Below the pieces are notes generated by a model. The model searched no databases. It was not told the DNA's origin and saw only the letters and a program-made list of their open reading frames with translations. A stretch of 64,000 nucleotides of DNA from Eledone cirrhosa (lineage: Eukaryota). Below, in pieces: positions 62,131 through 64,000 of the stretch (position 1 is its first letter; each line of letters starts with the position of its first letter). The stretch lies in NCBI GenBank assembly GCA_964016885.1, contig OZ024742.1:371380001-371444000 (forward strand), given 5' to 3'. A program made the translations under genes and the position numbers.

Positions 62131-63624
62131 CTAAATGTCTGTCAAATAAGTTGTAAATTTTCAAATTTTTTTTTGTGTTTACAGTTGAGCTGTAAATTAT
62201 TTTAATAGTATCTCCCTGATAAAATTAAATGCAGCTTGATTTATGATTTTGTCTTTTGACATTGTGTATGGTGTGAAACTGTGTTGTTTATTGGTAATAG
62301 CTATTTTATACAGCCCAAAGCACATATTTCCGCAAACTTTTAAAAGCTAACCCTAATTGGTGTATACCAGGCATTTCTTCTTTTATCCCAAATTTGATGT
62401 CAAAATCTTCCTGTACTCTATCCACTGAAGGTATAACTAATAATAATAATATACTAAACAAGTTAGGTGGAGAATTATGAGTTGTCAGATTGGTTTGCTG
62501 TAATTGTTTCAGCTCTCAGCAGTGTGAGATCAAATACCACCAAGGTCAGTTTTACCATTCATTCTTTCAAGATCAAAACACCAGCTCAGTACTAGTCAAT
62601 TCTCTCTCCCCCCCTCCCTCTCTCTCTGTGAAAGAAATTGGCTGTTCTGAACTGCAGAAGGACACCCAGCCACGTTTAAAATGCTAAAGACACCACATGT
62701 CAAGATGATGCCCCTACGTCTCCATCAGCAGTTAAGGCTCCCTTCCTTTCCAGATACATTTACAGTATGTATGTCTGAAGTTATTAGAATAATCTTCTTG
62801 TAATACACTTCATGTTGATTGTGGAATGTAAGAGAAAAGGGTATTTCTAAGTTACCTGCCCATTGTTCAAGCTGTTATGTTTATATATAGAATAGGAATC
62901 AATTTATTTGTTAGTAGATCAATACTGTCAATAATAGACACTAAAAATTAAATACATACAATGCTAACATTGCTATACCATATACACCAGGATTATTGGT
63001 CATGTGAGCAATCTTACAAACTAGCAAATTTGTCTTTGCATAAGAGAAACCCTATAGCTTATGTTGATGACTGAAACGTGGAAGTGATTAAAGATAAAAA
63101 TAATATTTTGATAATTTATTTCTAGGATATAATTAGATAAATGTTCAGTATATATGTACAAATGTAGGGTTAGAGGCCTAGGACCTTGTGGTGGATAAGT
63201 GAAGTTCTTATTGCAGCAACAGAACTGAGATAGGTAATACATTGTGGGTAAATTTCAAAGAGTTACACACACACACACCCACACCCATACATAGTTTGTG
63301 TATCAACCATAACAATACACCATAAACGATTTCAAAATTTGCCTGCACTCTACATCAACGATATCAATATATTACACACAAGCCATATATATGTAGTTGA
63401 ATATTAACTTTTTTCTCCCCAATTTCTTTTCTTTTTCCAAAATAAATTTGCATTTTATATTCCAAAAACTACAGTATATTTCAATGTTCAGGTTTCTTAT
63501 ACATTAACTCTTAACATCCTGTACCACATGAAGCTACATTAGCAAGGCATTCTTGAAAAGTACAAAACAGTAATGTGACTACATCACTTTTTAGAAATTG
63601 AAGTCTTTACTTAATACTGCAAAT

Positions 63625-63935
63625 GTTCATCCATGCTTTGTCATTGGACCATGCATCATGTCTCTCCAGCCATTACATATCCATTGGACCATACTCTATA
63701 TCTTCAGCCATTATATATCCTCTATATTTATTGCTCATGCCTCATTACCATACAACATTGCACTTCTCACACAGGCATTATACAGCCGGCCGGCCTTTCA
63801 TAGACCTTTCGTTGTCAATAGAGGTAGTTCCCTGAACTTTTTCCATCTTGTTCTTACCCTATCTACTATGATCTTGGTGCATTCTCCTCCCCCACTAATT
63901 TGATCACCTAGGTAGTAGAAGCTATCAACCACTTC
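63625..63935 (-). mobile_element. Degenerate RTE LINE fragment
   Basis: Matches 44830-45120 (EVVDSFYYLGDQISGGG...). Confidence 0.75.
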
Positions 63936-64000
63936 TATAATTTTGTAGTAATTGTTTCTGATTTTGGCACAAGGCCAGCAATTGGGGGTGGGGGGGGGGG

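Overview
Eukaryotic, AT-rich animal DNA; the repeat families suggest a cephalopod such as Octopus (inference). The + strand carries the 3' part of an mTOR gene: 19 GT-AG coding exons (13921-60723) that splice in frame to about 745 aa, covering the FAT end, FRB, PIKK kinase, regulatory segment and FATC, and ending GWCPFW*. Introns hold three satellite arrays (39/41 bp, at least 13.5 kb; 42/43 bp, about 2.4 kb; 26/27 bp, about 9.7 kb), a near full-length antisense RTE LINE with a PHD-like finger inside its RT, many tRNA-derived SINEs, LINE and mariner fragments, MITEs, and a cluster of long palindromes. Most notable: (1) one segment of the RTE/SINE 3' end is seen as 1-2 copies, 5-6 copies and about 55 copies, suggesting satellite birth from a retroposon; (2) degenerate minimal-hammerhead (Penelope-like) motifs lie near the fold-back elements; (3) the satellites are arrays of decoy splice acceptors; (4) a genomic His at a conserved mTOR Arg could be restored by A-to-I editing. 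All coordinates were read by eye. Family names and human mTOR numbering are from memory; no searches were run.
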